The position numbers and the translations under genes were made by a program. Source: Clostridia bacterium (GTDB lineage: Bacteria; Bacillota; Clostridia; Monoglobales; Monoglobaceae). Taken from it: a stretch of 60,781 bases of DNA. The notes under the pieces were generated by a model. It was not told where the DNA came from, did no database searches, and saw nothing but the letters and a program-made list of their open reading frames with translations. This document shows, one piece after another, positions 29,008 through 39,150 of this stretch (the stretch's first letter is position 1; the number at the start of each line of letters is the position of its first letter). The stretch lies in the NCBI GenBank assembly GCA_045586445.1, contig JAZNAJ010000214.1, positions 1 through 60,781 of the forward strand, read 5' to 3'.

Positions 29008-29946
29008 ATGGCTAAAACAAAAGTATTCATTGACGGAAGTGTGGGGACAACAGGTCTTAGAATACACGAAAGACTTTCTTCACGCACCGATATCCAACTT
29101 ATATCAATTGATGAAACCAAACGCAAGGAGCTTTCTTTCAGAAAGGAAGCCATTGAAAGTGCAGATGTAGCTTTTTTGTGTTTGCCTGACGCAGCTGCCA
29201 TTGAAATTGTTGAGGCTTTGGGTAGTTCTCCCGTTAAAATTCTTGACACCTCTACCGCGCACAGAACTAATCCCGATTGGGCATACGGGTTTGCCGAGCT
29301 GGGCAACGAATTTTACCAAAAAATTCTTTCTTCAAATCGCATCGCCGTTCCCGGATGTCATGCCAGCGGTTTTTGTTCTATAGTAAAGCCTTTGGTTGAA
29401 TATGGAATTATTGGTGCAGACTATCCCATCGTATGCACTTCTGTTACAGGATATTCAGGTGGTGGAAAAAAAATGATTGCCGAATATGAAGCCACGGACA
29501 GAGCAAGCGAATTTTCAAGCCCCCGTCAGTATGGGCTTACCCAAAAGCACAAGCATCTGCCTGAAATGAAAGCCATCTGCGGGCTTGACTTTGAGCCGTG
29601 CTTTTCACCTATTGTTGCAGACTTTTACAGCGGAATGACTGTTTCGGTACCCCTTAACGCCCGACTTCTTAAAAAGAAGGTGTCTGCAAAGGATATTCAC
29701 GAGATTTTTTCACAACACTACCAAGGCAAAAAATTGATTTCTGTCAATCCCTTCGGCTTTGAAGGGTTGCTTGCCGCAAACAGTCTTTCAGGCAAGGACA
29801 GTATGGAAATTACGGTTACGGGCAATGATGAGCGAATCCTTATCGCCTCCTCCTTTGACAACTTGGGCAAGGGCGCATCAGGTGCCGCAATACAATGCTT
29901 TAATTTGATTACCGGTGCAGATGAAACTGCAGGTTTGACAATCTAA
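29008..29946 (+). CDS. argC: N-acetyl-gamma-glutamyl-phosphate reductase
   Basis: 312 aa with NAD-binding N-terminus GSVGTTG and active-site PGCHASG. Confidence 0.92.
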   Translation: MAKTKVFIDGSVGTTGLRIHERLSSRTDIQLISIDETKRKELSFRKEAIESADVAFLCLPDAAAIEIVEALGSSPVKILDTSTAHRTNPDWAYGFAELGNEFYQKILSSNRIAVPGCHASGFCSIVKPLVEYGIIGADYPIVCTSVTGYSGGGKKMIAEYEATDRASEFSSPRQYGLTQKHKHLPEMKAICGLDFEPCFSPIVADFYSGMTVSVPLNARLLKKKVSAKDIHEIFSQHYQGKKLISVNPFGFEGLLAANSLSGKDSMEITVTGNDERILIASSFDNLGKGASGAAIQCFNLITGADETAGLTI

Positions 29947-29970
29947 TTACTTGAAAGGAACTTAACAAAA

Positions 29971-31185
29971 ATGGAGCAGATACAAGGCGGCGTTTGTGCC
30001 GCAAAAGGTTTTAAAGCAGCAGGTGTTCACGCAGGAATCCGCAAAAACAAAAGCAAAAAGGACTTTGCCCTTATTGTCAGCGAAACCCGCGCAGCAGCTG
30101 CAAGTACATATACACAGAACTTAGTCAAAGGTGCACCTATCTATGTTACAAAGGCAAATCTTGCCGACGGATATGCTTCCGCAATCATCTGTAACAGTGG
30201 TAACGCAAACACTTGCAACGCCAACGGTATTGAAATTGCCAATGGTATGTGTGAACTGGTTGAAAAGCATACCCAGATTTCAAAAAATGATGTTGTGGTT
30301 GCATCAACAGGGGTTATCGGTCAGCCCCTTGACCTTACACCAATGGAGAACGCTATGGGCGAGCTGGTTGCAGCACTCAATACAAATGGCAGTGATGATG
30401 CCGCAACTGCAATAATGACCACCGACCTAAAGAAAAAAGAAATTGCGTTTTCCTTTGAGCTTGGTGGCAAAACCTGTCATATAGGCGGTATCGCAAAGGG
30501 TTCCGGGATGATTCATCCCAATATGGCAACCATGCTTGTTTTTGTGACAACAGATGTTGCAATCACGCCTGAGCTTTTGCAAAAAGCACTTTCGGCAGAT
30601 ATTCAGGATTCATTCAATATGATTTCAGTAGACGGTGATACCTCAACCAACGATATGGTTTCGGTTCTTGCTAATGGTATGGCAGGCAATAGCATAATCA
30701 CTCAGGAAGACACCGATTATGCCAAGTTCTGCACGGCACTTTCGGCAGTTACTACTTATCTTTGCCGTCAGATTGCCAAAGATGGCGAGGGTGCCAGCAA
30801 GCTTTTGGAAAGCCATGTTCACGGAGCGAAGGACACAATTAATGCAAAGCTTATTGCCAAGAGCGTGGTATGTTCATCGCTGTTTAAAGCGGCAATGTTC
30901 GGTTCAGACGCCAACTGGGGCAGAATCCTTTGTGCCATAGGCTACAGCGGTGCGGATTGTGATGTTACAAAGGTTGGTGTTACCCTTTCTTCAACCGCAG
31001 GGGATATTCTGGTTTGTCAAAACGGCAGCGGTGTCGACTTTGACGAAGAAAAAGCCAAAACAATTCTCACCGAAGACGAAATAATTATTGATATTTCGTT
31101 GGGCGACGGCGACGGCAAAGCAACCGCCTGGGGCTGCGACCTGACCTATGATTATGTAAAAATCAACGGCGATTACAGAACTTGA
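29971..31185 (+). CDS. argJ: bifunctional ornithine acetyltransferase / N-acetylglutamate synthase
   Basis: 404 aa with self-cleavage site PNMATMLVF and the typical C-terminal YVKINGDYRT. Confidence 0.92.
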   Translation: MEQIQGGVCAAKGFKAAGVHAGIRKNKSKKDFALIVSETRAAAASTYTQNLVKGAPIYVTKANLADGYASAIICNSGNANTCNANGIEIANGMCELVEKHTQISKNDVVVASTGVIGQPLDLTPMENAMGELVAALNTNGSDDAATAIMTTDLKKKEIAFSFELGGKTCHIGGIAKGSGMIHPNMATMLVFVTTDVAITPELLQKALSADIQDSFNMISVDGDTSTNDMVSVLANGMAGNSIITQEDTDYAKFCTALSAVTTYLCRQIAKDGEGASKLLESHVHGAKDTINAKLIAKSVVCSSLFKAAMFGSDANWGRILCAIGYSGADCDVTKVGVTLSSTAGDILVCQNGSGVDFDEEKAKTILTEDEIIIDISLGDGDGKATAWGCDLTYDYVKINGDYRT

Positions 31186-31213
31186 TTTATCTATAGTAAA
31201 AGGAGAAAACAAA

Positions 31214-32077
31214 ATGGAAAATAATATAAATGTTCCAATCTCAACCCGTGCCGAAATCCTTATTGAGGCACTTCCCTACATTCAGGAATACTACAATAAG
31301 ATTGTTGTAATCAAATATGGTGGCAACGCAATGCTGAACGACGAACTTAAGCAAGCTGTTATGGGGGATATCCTCCTGCTGTCACTTATTGGCATTAAGG
31401 TTGTTCTGGTACACGGCGGCGGTCCTGAAATTTCGGATATGCTTGGCAAGGTGGGGGCAAAAACCGAGTTTATTGACGGACTGAGAGTTACCGACAAGGA
31501 ATCTGTCGACATTGTGCAGATGGTTTTGGCAGGGAAGATAAACAAAAACCTTGTAAATCTCATCCATACTATGGGCGGCAAGGCTATGGGCCTTTGTGGT
31601 ATTGACGGACATATGATTGAGTCGGTACAGCTTGATGATATTCACGGATTTGTGGGAGATATAACCGATATCAATCCCCAGCCGATTCTTGACATTCTTG
31701 ATAAGGGGTATATACCTGTTATCGCCACTGTTGGTTGCGATAATAACGGAAATGTTTACAACATTAATGCTGATACGGCGGCTGCTAAGATTGCGGGTGT
31801 TCTCAAAGCAGAAAGTCTTATTTCAATGACCGACATACGCGGGCTTCTGCGCGATACAAGTGATGAGTCATCACTTATCCCGGTTGTTAAGGCAAGCGAG
31901 GTGCCTGAGTTGGTTGCAGAAGGCATCATTTCCGGTGGAATGATTCCCAAAATTGATTGTTGTATTGAATCAATCCGTCAGGGTGTAAGCAAAGTATTCA
32001 TCCTTGACGGCAGAGTTCCCCACGCAATTCTGATTGAAATTCTTACCAATGAAGGTATAGGAACAATGGTGGTTTAA
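31214..32077 (+). CDS. argB: acetylglutamate kinase
   Basis: IKYGGNAM and VHGGGP motifs. Confidence 0.92.
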   Translation: MENNINVPISTRAEILIEALPYIQEYYNKIVVIKYGGNAMLNDELKQAVMGDILLLSLIGIKVVLVHGGGPEISDMLGKVGAKTEFIDGLRVTDKESVDIVQMVLAGKINKNLVNLIHTMGGKAMGLCGIDGHMIESVQLDDIHGFVGDITDINPQPILDILDKGYIPVIATVGCDNNGNVYNINADTAAAKIAGVLKAESLISMTDIRGLLRDTSDESSLIPVVKASEVPELVAEGIISGGMIPKIDCCIESIRQGVSKVFILDGRVPHAILIEILTNEGIGTMVV

Positions 32078-32097
32078 CCATCAGAAAGGTTTTTGAT

Positions 32098-32565
32098 ATG
32101 CAAGAAAAAACTTCAAAGAAACAAAGACTTGGTGCAATTGTCGAGATTATATCAAAGCACGCTGTCGAAACCCAGGGGCAGCTTACAAGCTATCTTATTG
32201 CAAAAGGCTATGATGTAACCCAGGCAACTGTTTCCAGGGATATAAAAGAACTCAGACTTATCAAAATTGCCGACAAGGGTGATAAATACAGGTATGCCCT
32301 GCCCGGCAAGGAGTCTAACGCTGATATTCAGCTCAGATATACCGCTGTGCTTACACATGCGGTTATAACCATTCAATGTGCCCAGAATCTGGTGGTGGTC
32401 AAGACCATTCCCGGCTCGGCTCAGGGTTGTGCAATGGCAATCGAAACATTGAACTTTGACAATATTGTTGGAGTTATTGCAGGCGACGACACACTTTTTG
32501 TTGCTATGAACAGTGAAAGGGATGCCAAGGTTTTTTCCGAAGAGCTTATGGCGGTTGTAAACTAA
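32098..32565 (+). CDS. argR: arginine repressor
   Basis: 155 aa with winged helix (TQATVSRDIKEL) and C-terminal hexamerisation/arginine site (GVIAGDDTLFV). Confidence 0.9.
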   Translation: MQEKTSKKQRLGAIVEIISKHAVETQGQLTSYLIAKGYDVTQATVSRDIKELRLIKIADKGDKYRYALPGKESNADIQLRYTAVLTHAVITIQCAQNLVVVKTIPGSAQGCAMAIETLNFDNIVGVIAGDDTLFVAMNSERDAKVFSEELMAVVN

Positions 32566-32608
32566 ATTAATATTTGCGCTTACTCAGGGCGACAGAATGG
32601 AGATTATT

Positions 32609-33769
32609 ATGAGTATTAAAGATAAGGATAAAAAATATATAATGGGCACCTACGGACGCCTTGACCTGGAAATTGACCATGGTACAGGTGCTACCCTTTT
32701 TGACACAGCCGGCAAGGAATATATCGATTTTGGCAGTGGTATTGCCGTAAACACCTTTGGGGCATCAGACAGTATATGGCTTGACAGTGTATATGAGCAA
32801 ATGAAAAAAATTCAGCACACCTCTAATTACTACTACACCAAGCCATGCAGCGACTTGGCTGAGATTTTGTGCAAACGGACAAATATGAGCAAGGTGTTCT
32901 TCTCCAACTCAGGGGCAGAGGCAAACGAATGTGCAATCAAAGCCGCAAGAAAGTACGGAACTGATAAAGACCCTGAAAAGAATATTATTATCACCCTTAA
33001 AAACAGTTTTCACGGTAGAACGGTAACAACACTTTCTGCGACCGGTCAGGATACATTCCACAAGCACTTCACGCCATTCACCCAAGGCTTTTGCTATGTT
33101 GATGCCAATGATGTTGAGGCACTTCGCAGCGCTATGAATGACAAGGTTTGCGGAATTATGCTTGAAATTGTCCAGGGCGAGGGTGGTGTTTTGCCTATGA
33201 CGGAAGAATTTGTTCAGGCAGCCAAAACCCTTGCAGAGGAATTTGATGCGCTTCTTATAATAGACGAAGTGCAAACCGGCAATGGCAGAACGGGTAAACT
33301 TTTTGCCCATCAGCATTTTGGAATATCCCCAGATATTTTTACCACTGCAAAGGGTCTGGCAGGGGGGCTGCCAATTGGTGCAACCGTATTTTGCGAAAGG
33401 TTGAGCGAGATTTTGCCCGCAGGCAGTCATGGTTCTACCTTTGGCGGGAATCCTGTCGCTTGTGCCGGCGCTATAAGTATACTAAATCGGATTGACGAAG
33501 ATATGCTTGCCGAGGTTACAAGGAAGTCAGAAAAAATTGTTTCTTCTTTGAAAAGTCTTGACGGTGTTGAAGAGGTTTCGGGTATGGGGCTTATGCTTGG
33601 CATAAAGACCGAAAAACCTGCAAAGAATATACTTCAGTACTGTCAGGATAATGGGCTTCTTGTTCTCACAGCAAAGGACAAGGTGCGACTTCTTCCGCCG
33701 CTGAACATTACCGACGAGGAACTTGACAAGGGAATAAGCATCTTGAAGGATGCTATCAAAAACGCATAG
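32609..33769 (+). CDS. argD: acetylornithine aminotransferase
   Basis: Class III aminotransferase: SGAEANE, DEVQTG and the PLP-lysine context TTAKGLAGG. The start is at the ATG 6 nt after GGAG; the track ORF starts at 32597. Confidence 0.9.
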   Translation: MSIKDKDKKYIMGTYGRLDLEIDHGTGATLFDTAGKEYIDFGSGIAVNTFGASDSIWLDSVYEQMKKIQHTSNYYYTKPCSDLAEILCKRTNMSKVFFSNSGAEANECAIKAARKYGTDKDPEKNIIITLKNSFHGRTVTTLSATGQDTFHKHFTPFTQGFCYVDANDVEALRSAMNDKVCGIMLEIVQGEGGVLPMTEEFVQAAKTLAEEFDALLIIDEVQTGNGRTGKLFAHQHFGISPDIFTTAKGLAGGLPIGATVFCERLSEILPAGSHGSTFGGNPVACAGAISILNRIDEDMLAEVTRKSEKIVSSLKSLDGVEEVSGMGLMLGIKTEKPAKNILQYCQDNGLLVLTAKDKVRLLPPLNITDEELDKGISILKDAIKNA

Positions 33770-33801
33770 ATAATTTAATTTTACATACTGAGGTGAAAAA
33801 A

Positions 33802-34707
33802 ATGAAACATTTACTAAAACTTTCAGATTTGACAACAGAAGAGATAACCAATCTTTTGGATATGGCAGACCAACTTAAGTACGAAAAGAAAAACGGCATT
33901 CCTCACAAGCACCTTGAGGGCAAGTCTTTGGGTATGATTTTTGAAAAATCATCCACGAGAACTCGTGTGTCCTTTGAAGTGGGTATGTACGAGCTTGGCG
34001 GAAACGCGTTGTTCTTAAGCTCCAATGACCTGCAGATAGGCAGGGGCGAGCCGGTTGAGGATACCGCAAGGGTTTTGTCCAGATTTTTAGACGGAATTAT
34101 GATAAGAACTTTTGCTCAGCAAGAGGTTGAAGACTTGGCAAAATATGGCTCGATTCCCATTATAAACGGGCTTACCGACTACTGTCATCCTTGCCAGGTG
34201 CTTGCAGATTTAATGACAATCCGCGAACATAAGGGAACACTGAAAAATCTGAAGATGTGTTTTGTAGGTGATGGCAATAATATGGCCAACTCCTTGATGG
34301 TTGGTTGTATCAAGGTGGGAATTGAATTTGCAATTGCTTGTCCAAAGGGCTACGAGCCTGACAGCGACCTTATGAAGTGGGCACAGGAGAATGGTAAGTT
34401 TACTTGTACCGACTCTCTTGAGATTGCCGCCAAGGATGCAGATGTTTTGGTTACAGATGTATGGGCATCAATGGGACAAGAGGGCGAGGCCAATGAACGC
34501 AAAAAGATTTTTGCAAACTATCAGATAAATTCACAGCTTATGAGTGTTGCAAAGCCTGACGCAATGGTACTTCATTGCTTGCCCGCACATCGTGGCGAGG
34601 AAATTACCGCAGATGTTTTGGAGGCACACGCTAACGAAATTTTTGACGAGGCTGAAAACAGACTCCACGCACAAAAAGCAGTTCTTGTTGCATTGATGAA
34701 GGATTAG
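33802..34707 (+). CDS. argF: ornithine carbamoyltransferase
   Basis: STRTR carbamoyl-phosphate motif and HCLPAHRGEE motif. The ATG at 33802 follows GAGGTG; the track ORF has a GTG at 33793. Confidence 0.92.
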   Translation: MKHLLKLSDLTTEEITNLLDMADQLKYEKKNGIPHKHLEGKSLGMIFEKSSTRTRVSFEVGMYELGGNALFLSSNDLQIGRGEPVEDTARVLSRFLDGIMIRTFAQQEVEDLAKYGSIPIINGLTDYCHPCQVLADLMTIREHKGTLKNLKMCFVGDGNNMANSLMVGCIKVGIEFAIACPKGYEPDSDLMKWAQENGKFTCTDSLEIAAKDADVLVTDVWASMGQEGEANERKKIFANYQINSQLMSVAKPDAMVLHCLPAHRGEEITADVLEAHANEIFDEAENRLHAQKAVLVALMKD

Positions 34708-34743
34708 TCTTATATACCATTTACACGGGAGGCGAATTTGTTT

Positions 34744-35499
34744 ATGGAAATCGTTTTTCTTACCGCGCTGGGTGTTGGCGGTGCTACATTGATTGGCTCG
34801 ATTATAGGTTTTCTGCTTGGCGGAATTTCTCACAAATTCACCGATATAATATTGTCATTTGCAGCAGGGGTTATGCTTGCGGCTGCAGTTTTGGGGCTTA
34901 TTATTCCCGCTGTGGAATATGGTGGCGACCTTGGCTTGGTAAATGCAGTTGTTGGGATTTTTGCCGGGGCAATTTGTCTGAACCTTATCGACAGACTTGT
35001 TCCACATCTTCACAAACTGGCAGGAACAGATGCCGAGAATCATAAATCCAACGCCAATATAAACAAGGTTTTGTTGTTTGTATTTGCCATTGCAATACAC
35101 AACTTCCCTGAAGGGATTGCTGCCGGAGTTGGTTTTGGTTCGGGGAATATCGGTGAAGCTATGGTTATCGCAGGCGGAATTGCCTTGCAGAATATACCCG
35201 AAGGCATTGTTATCATAGGGCCTATGCTTGCCGCAGGGGTAAGTCCGGCCAAGACCTTTGTTTGTGCCCTTGTTACAGGACTTGTCGAGGTCGCAGGCAC
35301 TTTGCTTGGGTATTTTGCAATTCAGGTGTCTACTGCTATTTTGCCATTTGCTCTTGCCTTTGCCGGTGGAACGATGCTTTATATCATAAGTGATGAGATG
35401 ATTCCCGAAACACATTCTCACGGCTCGCAAAGAGGTGCCACTTATGCACTTTTGGCAGGCTTTTGTGTTATGCTTGTGTCGGATGTGTTGTTGGGGTAA
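34744..35499 (+). CDS. ZIP family metal transporter (second copy)
   Basis: About 250 aa polytopic protein with HNFPEGIA and QNIPEG motifs. It starts 30-37 nt after argF with no intervening terminator. The alternative TTG start is at 34738. Confidence 0.85.
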   Translation: MEIVFLTALGVGGATLIGSIIGFLLGGISHKFTDIILSFAAGVMLAAAVLGLIIPAVEYGGDLGLVNAVVGIFAGAICLNLIDRLVPHLHKLAGTDAENHKSNANINKVLLFVFAIAIHNFPEGIAAGVGFGSGNIGEAMVIAGGIALQNIPEGIVIIGPMLAAGVSPAKTFVCALVTGLVEVAGTLLGYFAIQVSTAILPFALAFAGGTMLYIISDEMIPETHSHGSQRGATYALLAGFCVMLVSDVLLG

Positions 35500-35530
35500 A
35501 TACAAATAAATTTTATTCTATAAAATAACA

Positions 35531-35577
35531 AGAGGTGTTGTTTGAAAATGAAATTAGTTTTCAAACAACACCTTTTT
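35531..35577. terminator. bidirectional rho-independent terminator
   Basis: 16-bp stem aggtgttgtttgaaaa / ttttcaaacaacacct, followed by TTTTT. It lies between the convergent ZIP and trxB genes. Confidence 0.8.
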
Positions 35578-35582
35578 GCTTA

Positions 35583-36497
35583 TTATAAAATTTGTTCTTT
35601 CCCTATATATTCCACCGCAGCAAGGGCTGCAACACTTCCGTCGCCAACAGCTGTGGTAAGTTGTCTGACCGATTTTTCACGACAATCGCCCGCAACAAAA
35701 ATCCCCTTGGCGCTTGTTATGCAGTTCTCTCCCGCCATTATATATCCACCATTTGTCAATGTTATAAGGTCTTTAAAGTTTTCATTCTGGGGAATTTGTC
35801 CAACCGCAACAAATGCTCCGCTTACTTCAATATGTTTTCTTTCTCCGGTTCTAACCGAAACCAAATCAAGTCCGCTAAGTCGGTCTTCACCACAAAATCG
35901 TTCTACTGTTGTGCTGAGCAAATACTCTATATTGGAGTGTTTTTTAAGCCTTTTTACCAGACTTTCCTCTGCCCTGAACTCGTCCCGACGGTGTATAAGG
36001 TACACCTTTTCGCATATTTCGGCAAGGTGCGCAGCATCCTGGAGTGCTGTATTCCCTCCACCTATGACCGCTACAATCTTTTTGCGATAGAAATTGCCAT
36101 CACATACCGCACAAAACGACACACCTCTGCCTACCAGCTTTGATTCGCCTTCGGCACCGAGAAGCCTGTTTTTTACACCGGTTGCCAAAATCACAGCTTT
36201 TGCCTTGTGTTTACCGCTTTGGGTTGTAACAATTTTGATATCATCTCCACTTATCTTGACAACATCCTCATATAATATCTCGCCACCCAATGCTTTTACC
36301 TGAGCAGAAAGTGTTTCTACAAAGTCAAAACCGCTCATTTGTGCTATCCCCGGAAAGTTCTCTACTCTGTGCGACAATGCGATTTGCCCGCCCAGACCAG
36401 TCTTCTCTAAAAGCAATACCGATTTTTCGGCGCGGAGTCCATAAAGTGCCGCCGTCAGTCCCGCAGGACCGCCACCAACAATAATTATATCATACAT
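35583..36497 (-). CDS. trxB: thioredoxin-disulfide reductase
   Basis: MYDIIIVGGGPAG FAD motif, redox-active CAVC and a second GGGNTA dinucleotide motif. The start is moved to the ATG at 36497, after GGGAGAAG. Confidence 0.92.
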   Translation of the reverse strand: MYDIIIVGGGPAGLTAALYGLRAEKSVLLLEKTGLGGQIALSHRVENFPGIAQMSGFDFVETLSAQVKALGGEILYEDVVKISGDDIKIVTTQSGKHKAKAVILATGVKNRLLGAEGESKLVGRGVSFCAVCDGNFYRKKIVAVIGGGNTALQDAAHLAEICEKVYLIHRRDEFRAEESLVKRLKKHSNIEYLLSTTVERFCGEDRLSGLDLVSVRTGERKHIEVSGAFVAVGQIPQNENFKDLITLTNGGYIMAGENCITSAKGIFVAGDCREKSVRQLTTAVGDGSVAALAAVEYIGKEQIL

Positions 36498-36551
36498 ATT
36501 TTTATCTTCTCCCTTAATTGTATTCACTTTTAGTATGCCCAATTGTTTAGC

Positions 36552-36580
36552 AAAAAACGGTCACCAAAAGGTGACCGTTT
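36552..36580 (-). terminator. rho-independent terminator after rplL
   Basis: Reverse strand reads aaacggtcacc-tttt-ggtgaccgttt followed by TTTTTT. Confidence 0.75.
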
Positions 36581-36601
36581 AATGTACTTGTTAATTCTGA
36601 A

Positions 36602-36973
36602 CTACTTAAGTTCAACAGTTGCGCCAACTTCTTCAAGCTGTGCCTTGAACTTCTCAGCATCTTCCTTAGAAACAGCTTCCTTAAGGGTTGTAGGAGCGCC
36701 ATCAACAGCAGCCTTTGCTTCAGCAAGGCCAAGACCTGTGATTTCGCGAACTGCCTTGATAACCTTAATCTTTTCTGCACCTGCTGATGCGAGAACTACA
36801 TCAAATTCTGACTTCTCTGCACCTGCAGCAGCGCCTTCAGCACCAGCAGCAGCAACCATAACGGGAGCAGCAGCGCTAACGCCAAATTCTTCCTCGAGAG
36901 CCTTTACAAGGTCATTTACTTCAACAAGTGTAAGTGCTTTAATTTCTTCAATCATTTTTGCTATATCAGCCAT
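36602..36973 (-). CDS. rplL: ribosomal protein L7/L12
   Basis: [32 protein letters not shown]... The start is at the ATG after GGAGGA. Confidence 0.95.
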   Translation of the reverse strand: MADIAKMIEEIKALTLVEVNDLVKALEEEFGVSAAAPVMVAAAGAEGAAAGAEKSEFDVVLASAGAEKIKVIKAVREITGLGLAEAKAAVDGAPTTLKEAVSKEDAEKFKAQLEEVGATVELK

Positions 36974-37041
36974 TTTTTTATCCTCCATAATAAATTATAT
37001 TTTGGGAATTAAACCTCCCAAGTTTACTATTACTAAAGTTA

Positions 37042-37545
37042 TTACTCTGCTGCTTCGTCTTTCTTTGCGATAGCATCCAAAGTTCTGACAAGGTTTCCGA
37101 TAGGAGCCTGTAAGCTTCCGAGCATCTTTGCAATGAGTGTCTCCTTGCTGGGGATGCTTGCGTAAACCTTAACCTCGTTAACATCAATAACTTTTCCGTC
37201 AACGAAACCGGCTTTGATTTCAAGTTGTTCGTTTGTCTTTGCAAACTCAACCAAAACTTTTGCCGGAGCAACCACATCATTTGCGCTTGTTGCAAGGGCG
37301 GTAGGTCCATGAAGAATGGGGTCAAGACCCTCCAGACCAACCTCATTTGCAGCAAAGCGTGTGAGTGTATTTTTAACTATTGTGTATTCAACACCGGCTT
37401 CTCTGAGTTTTGCACGAAGCTCGGTATCCTGAGCAACTGTAAGACCACGGTAGTCAGCGATAACACCGGCCTGAGCATTTTTGAGGCGCTCGGTAAGTTC
37501 TGCAACTATAGCCTTTTTGTTCTCTAAAACTTTTGCACTTGGCAC
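37042..37545 (-). CDS. rplJ: ribosomal protein L10
   Basis: 167 aa with a GTG start preceded by AAGGAGGAAA. Confidence 0.93.
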   Translation of the reverse strand: MPSAKVLENKKAIVAELTERLKNAQAGVIADYRGLTVAQDTELRAKLREAGVEYTIVKNTLTRFAANEVGLEGLDPILHGPTALATSANDVVAPAKVLVEFAKTNEQLEIKAGFVDGKVIDVNEVKVYASIPSKETLIAKMLGSLQAPIGNLVRTLDAIAKKDEAAE

Positions 37546-37800
37546 AACTGTTTCCTCCTTTCAAAATTAACTGCCTATACAATCAATCATTCTAAGATGA
37601 TATTGTACTTCATACAAATGAATAACCCTCGCAAAGCGCAGCGAGGGTTATAAACATAAACAACAAACCAAAATTTGTAATTTTTGTAATATCCTCGGCA
37701 GGAATTATGGCAACTGCCACCTGCTGTCTGCGGAAATTATTCAATTAACTATATCAGTATAACACACAAGTTGAAATTTGTCAATAACAAATTTCAAATT
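37546..37800 (-). promoter_or_regulatory. rplJ (L10) leader region
   Basis: 255-nt untranslated spacer between rplA and rplJ, containing several stable hairpins. This is the position of the L10(L12)4 autoregulatory leader in Firmicutes. Confidence 0.4.
37622..37651 (-). terminator. candidate attenuator hairpin within the rplJ leader
   Basis: 11-bp stem ataaccctcgc / gcgagggttat, followed on the reverse strand by a U-containing tract (tcatttgt). Confidence 0.35.
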
Positions 37801-38496
37801 TTATGCGTCAATCTTTACAGCATTGATTTTGATGCCGGGGCCCATTGTTGATGCAACTGTAACTGACTTAAGGTACTGGCCCTTTGCAGCTGCAGGCTTT
37901 GCTTTAATAATTGCACCCATAAGAGCATTAAAGTTTTCAACAAGTTTGTCTTTGCCGAAAGAAGCCTTGCCAAGGGGGCAGTGAATGATATTTGTCTTGT
38001 CAAGTCTGTACTCAATCTTACCTGACTTAATCTCAGCGATTGCACGAGCAACATCAGGAGTAACAGTACCAGCCTTGGGGCTTGGCAAAAGGCCCTTAGG
38101 ACCAAGTGTTTTACCAATTCTACCTACAACACCCATCATGTCGGGGGTTGCAACAACAACATCAAAGTCAAACCAGTTCTCTGACTGAATCTTTTGTACC
38201 AAGTCCTCAGCACCAACGAAGTCAGCGCCTGCTGCCTTAGCTTCTTCAGCCTTGCCCTCACGAGCAAAAACAAGAACCTTTGTTTCTTTACCTGTACCAT
38301 TGGGGAGAACTACCGCACCTCTAACCTGCTGGTCAGCGTGTCTTGAGTCAACGCCCAATCTAACATGAATCTCAACAGTTTCGTCAAACTTAGCCTTAGC
38401 GGTCTGGCAAACAAGGTCCAAAGCCTCGGCAGCATCATAGAGCTTGCTCTTTTCAATAAGCTTAACGCTGTCTTGATATTTCTTACCTTTCTTCAT
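37801..38496 (-). CDS. rplA: ribosomal protein L1
   Basis: 231 aa, [21 protein letters not shown]... Confidence 0.95.
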   Translation of the reverse strand: MKKGKKYQDSVKLIEKSKLYDAAEALDLVCQTAKAKFDETVEIHVRLGVDSRHADQQVRGAVVLPNGTGKETKVLVFAREGKAEEAKAAGADFVGAEDLVQKIQSENWFDFDVVVATPDMMGVVGRIGKTLGPKGLLPSPKAGTVTPDVARAIAEIKSGKIEYRLDKTNIIHCPLGKASFGKDKLVENFNALMGAIIKAKPAAAKGQYLKSVTVASTMGPGIKINAVKIDA

Positions 38497-38582
38497 TATT
38501 ACATTTCCTCCTATCGTGGTTCTGCAGAATGTATAAATTTTACATTCCTCCCACTTTTTTCAATTGAAGCGTTTTCAGAAGA

Positions 38583-39008
38583 TTATTCTTCCACGGTAAC
38601 GCCCATAGACCTTGCTGTTCCGGCAACCATTGACATAGCCGCCTCAATTGAAGCTGCGTTAAGGTCAGGCATTTTCTGTTCTGCAATAGCCTTGAGGTCA
38701 GCCTTTGAAAGCTGAGCAACCTTGGTCTTGTTGGGAACACCCGAACCGCTTTGAATCTTACAAGCCTTCTTGATAAGAACTGCTGCCGGCGGAGTCTTGG
38801 TGATGAATGAGAATGACCTATCCTGGTAAACAGTAATAACAACCGGAATAACAAGACCGCTATCCTTTGCTGTTTTTTCGTTGAACTGCTTACAGAAGTC
38901 CATAATGTTTACACCGTGCTGACCGAGAGCCGGACCTACAGGGGGAGCAGGAGTAGCTTTGCCTGCCTCAATCTGTAATTTGATGTAACCTGTAATTTTT
39001 TGCGCCAT
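38583..39008 (-). CDS. rplK: ribosomal protein L11
   Basis: 141 aa, [35 protein letters not shown]. Confidence 0.95.
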   Translation of the reverse strand: MAQKITGYIKLQIEAGKATPAPPVGPALGQHGVNIMDFCKQFNEKTAKDSGLVIPVVITVYQDRSFSFITKTPPAAVLIKKACKIQSGSGVPNKTKVAQLSKADLKAIAEQKMPDLNAASIEAAMSMVAGTARSMGVTVEE

Positions 39009-39150
39009 TTTAATGACACCTCCCTTTCACAATCGTGGTAATATCGGGAAACGGATTCGTATTTTCCGCCCCTCCCACCTACCCAAAGAAAGCCTTTGGA
39101 TATATAAATACGGCATAAGCCGTGTGGGTAACATAATAAAATAAATAATT

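Noticed and set aside
35542-36143. Two plus-strand ORFs of about 180 aa
   Set aside because: They are antisense to trxB, overlap each other in different frames, and have no motifs.
36543-37073. 176-aa Ala/Ser-rich plus-strand ORF
   Set aside because: It is the antisense shadow of the Ala-rich rplL gene and crosses the rplL terminator.
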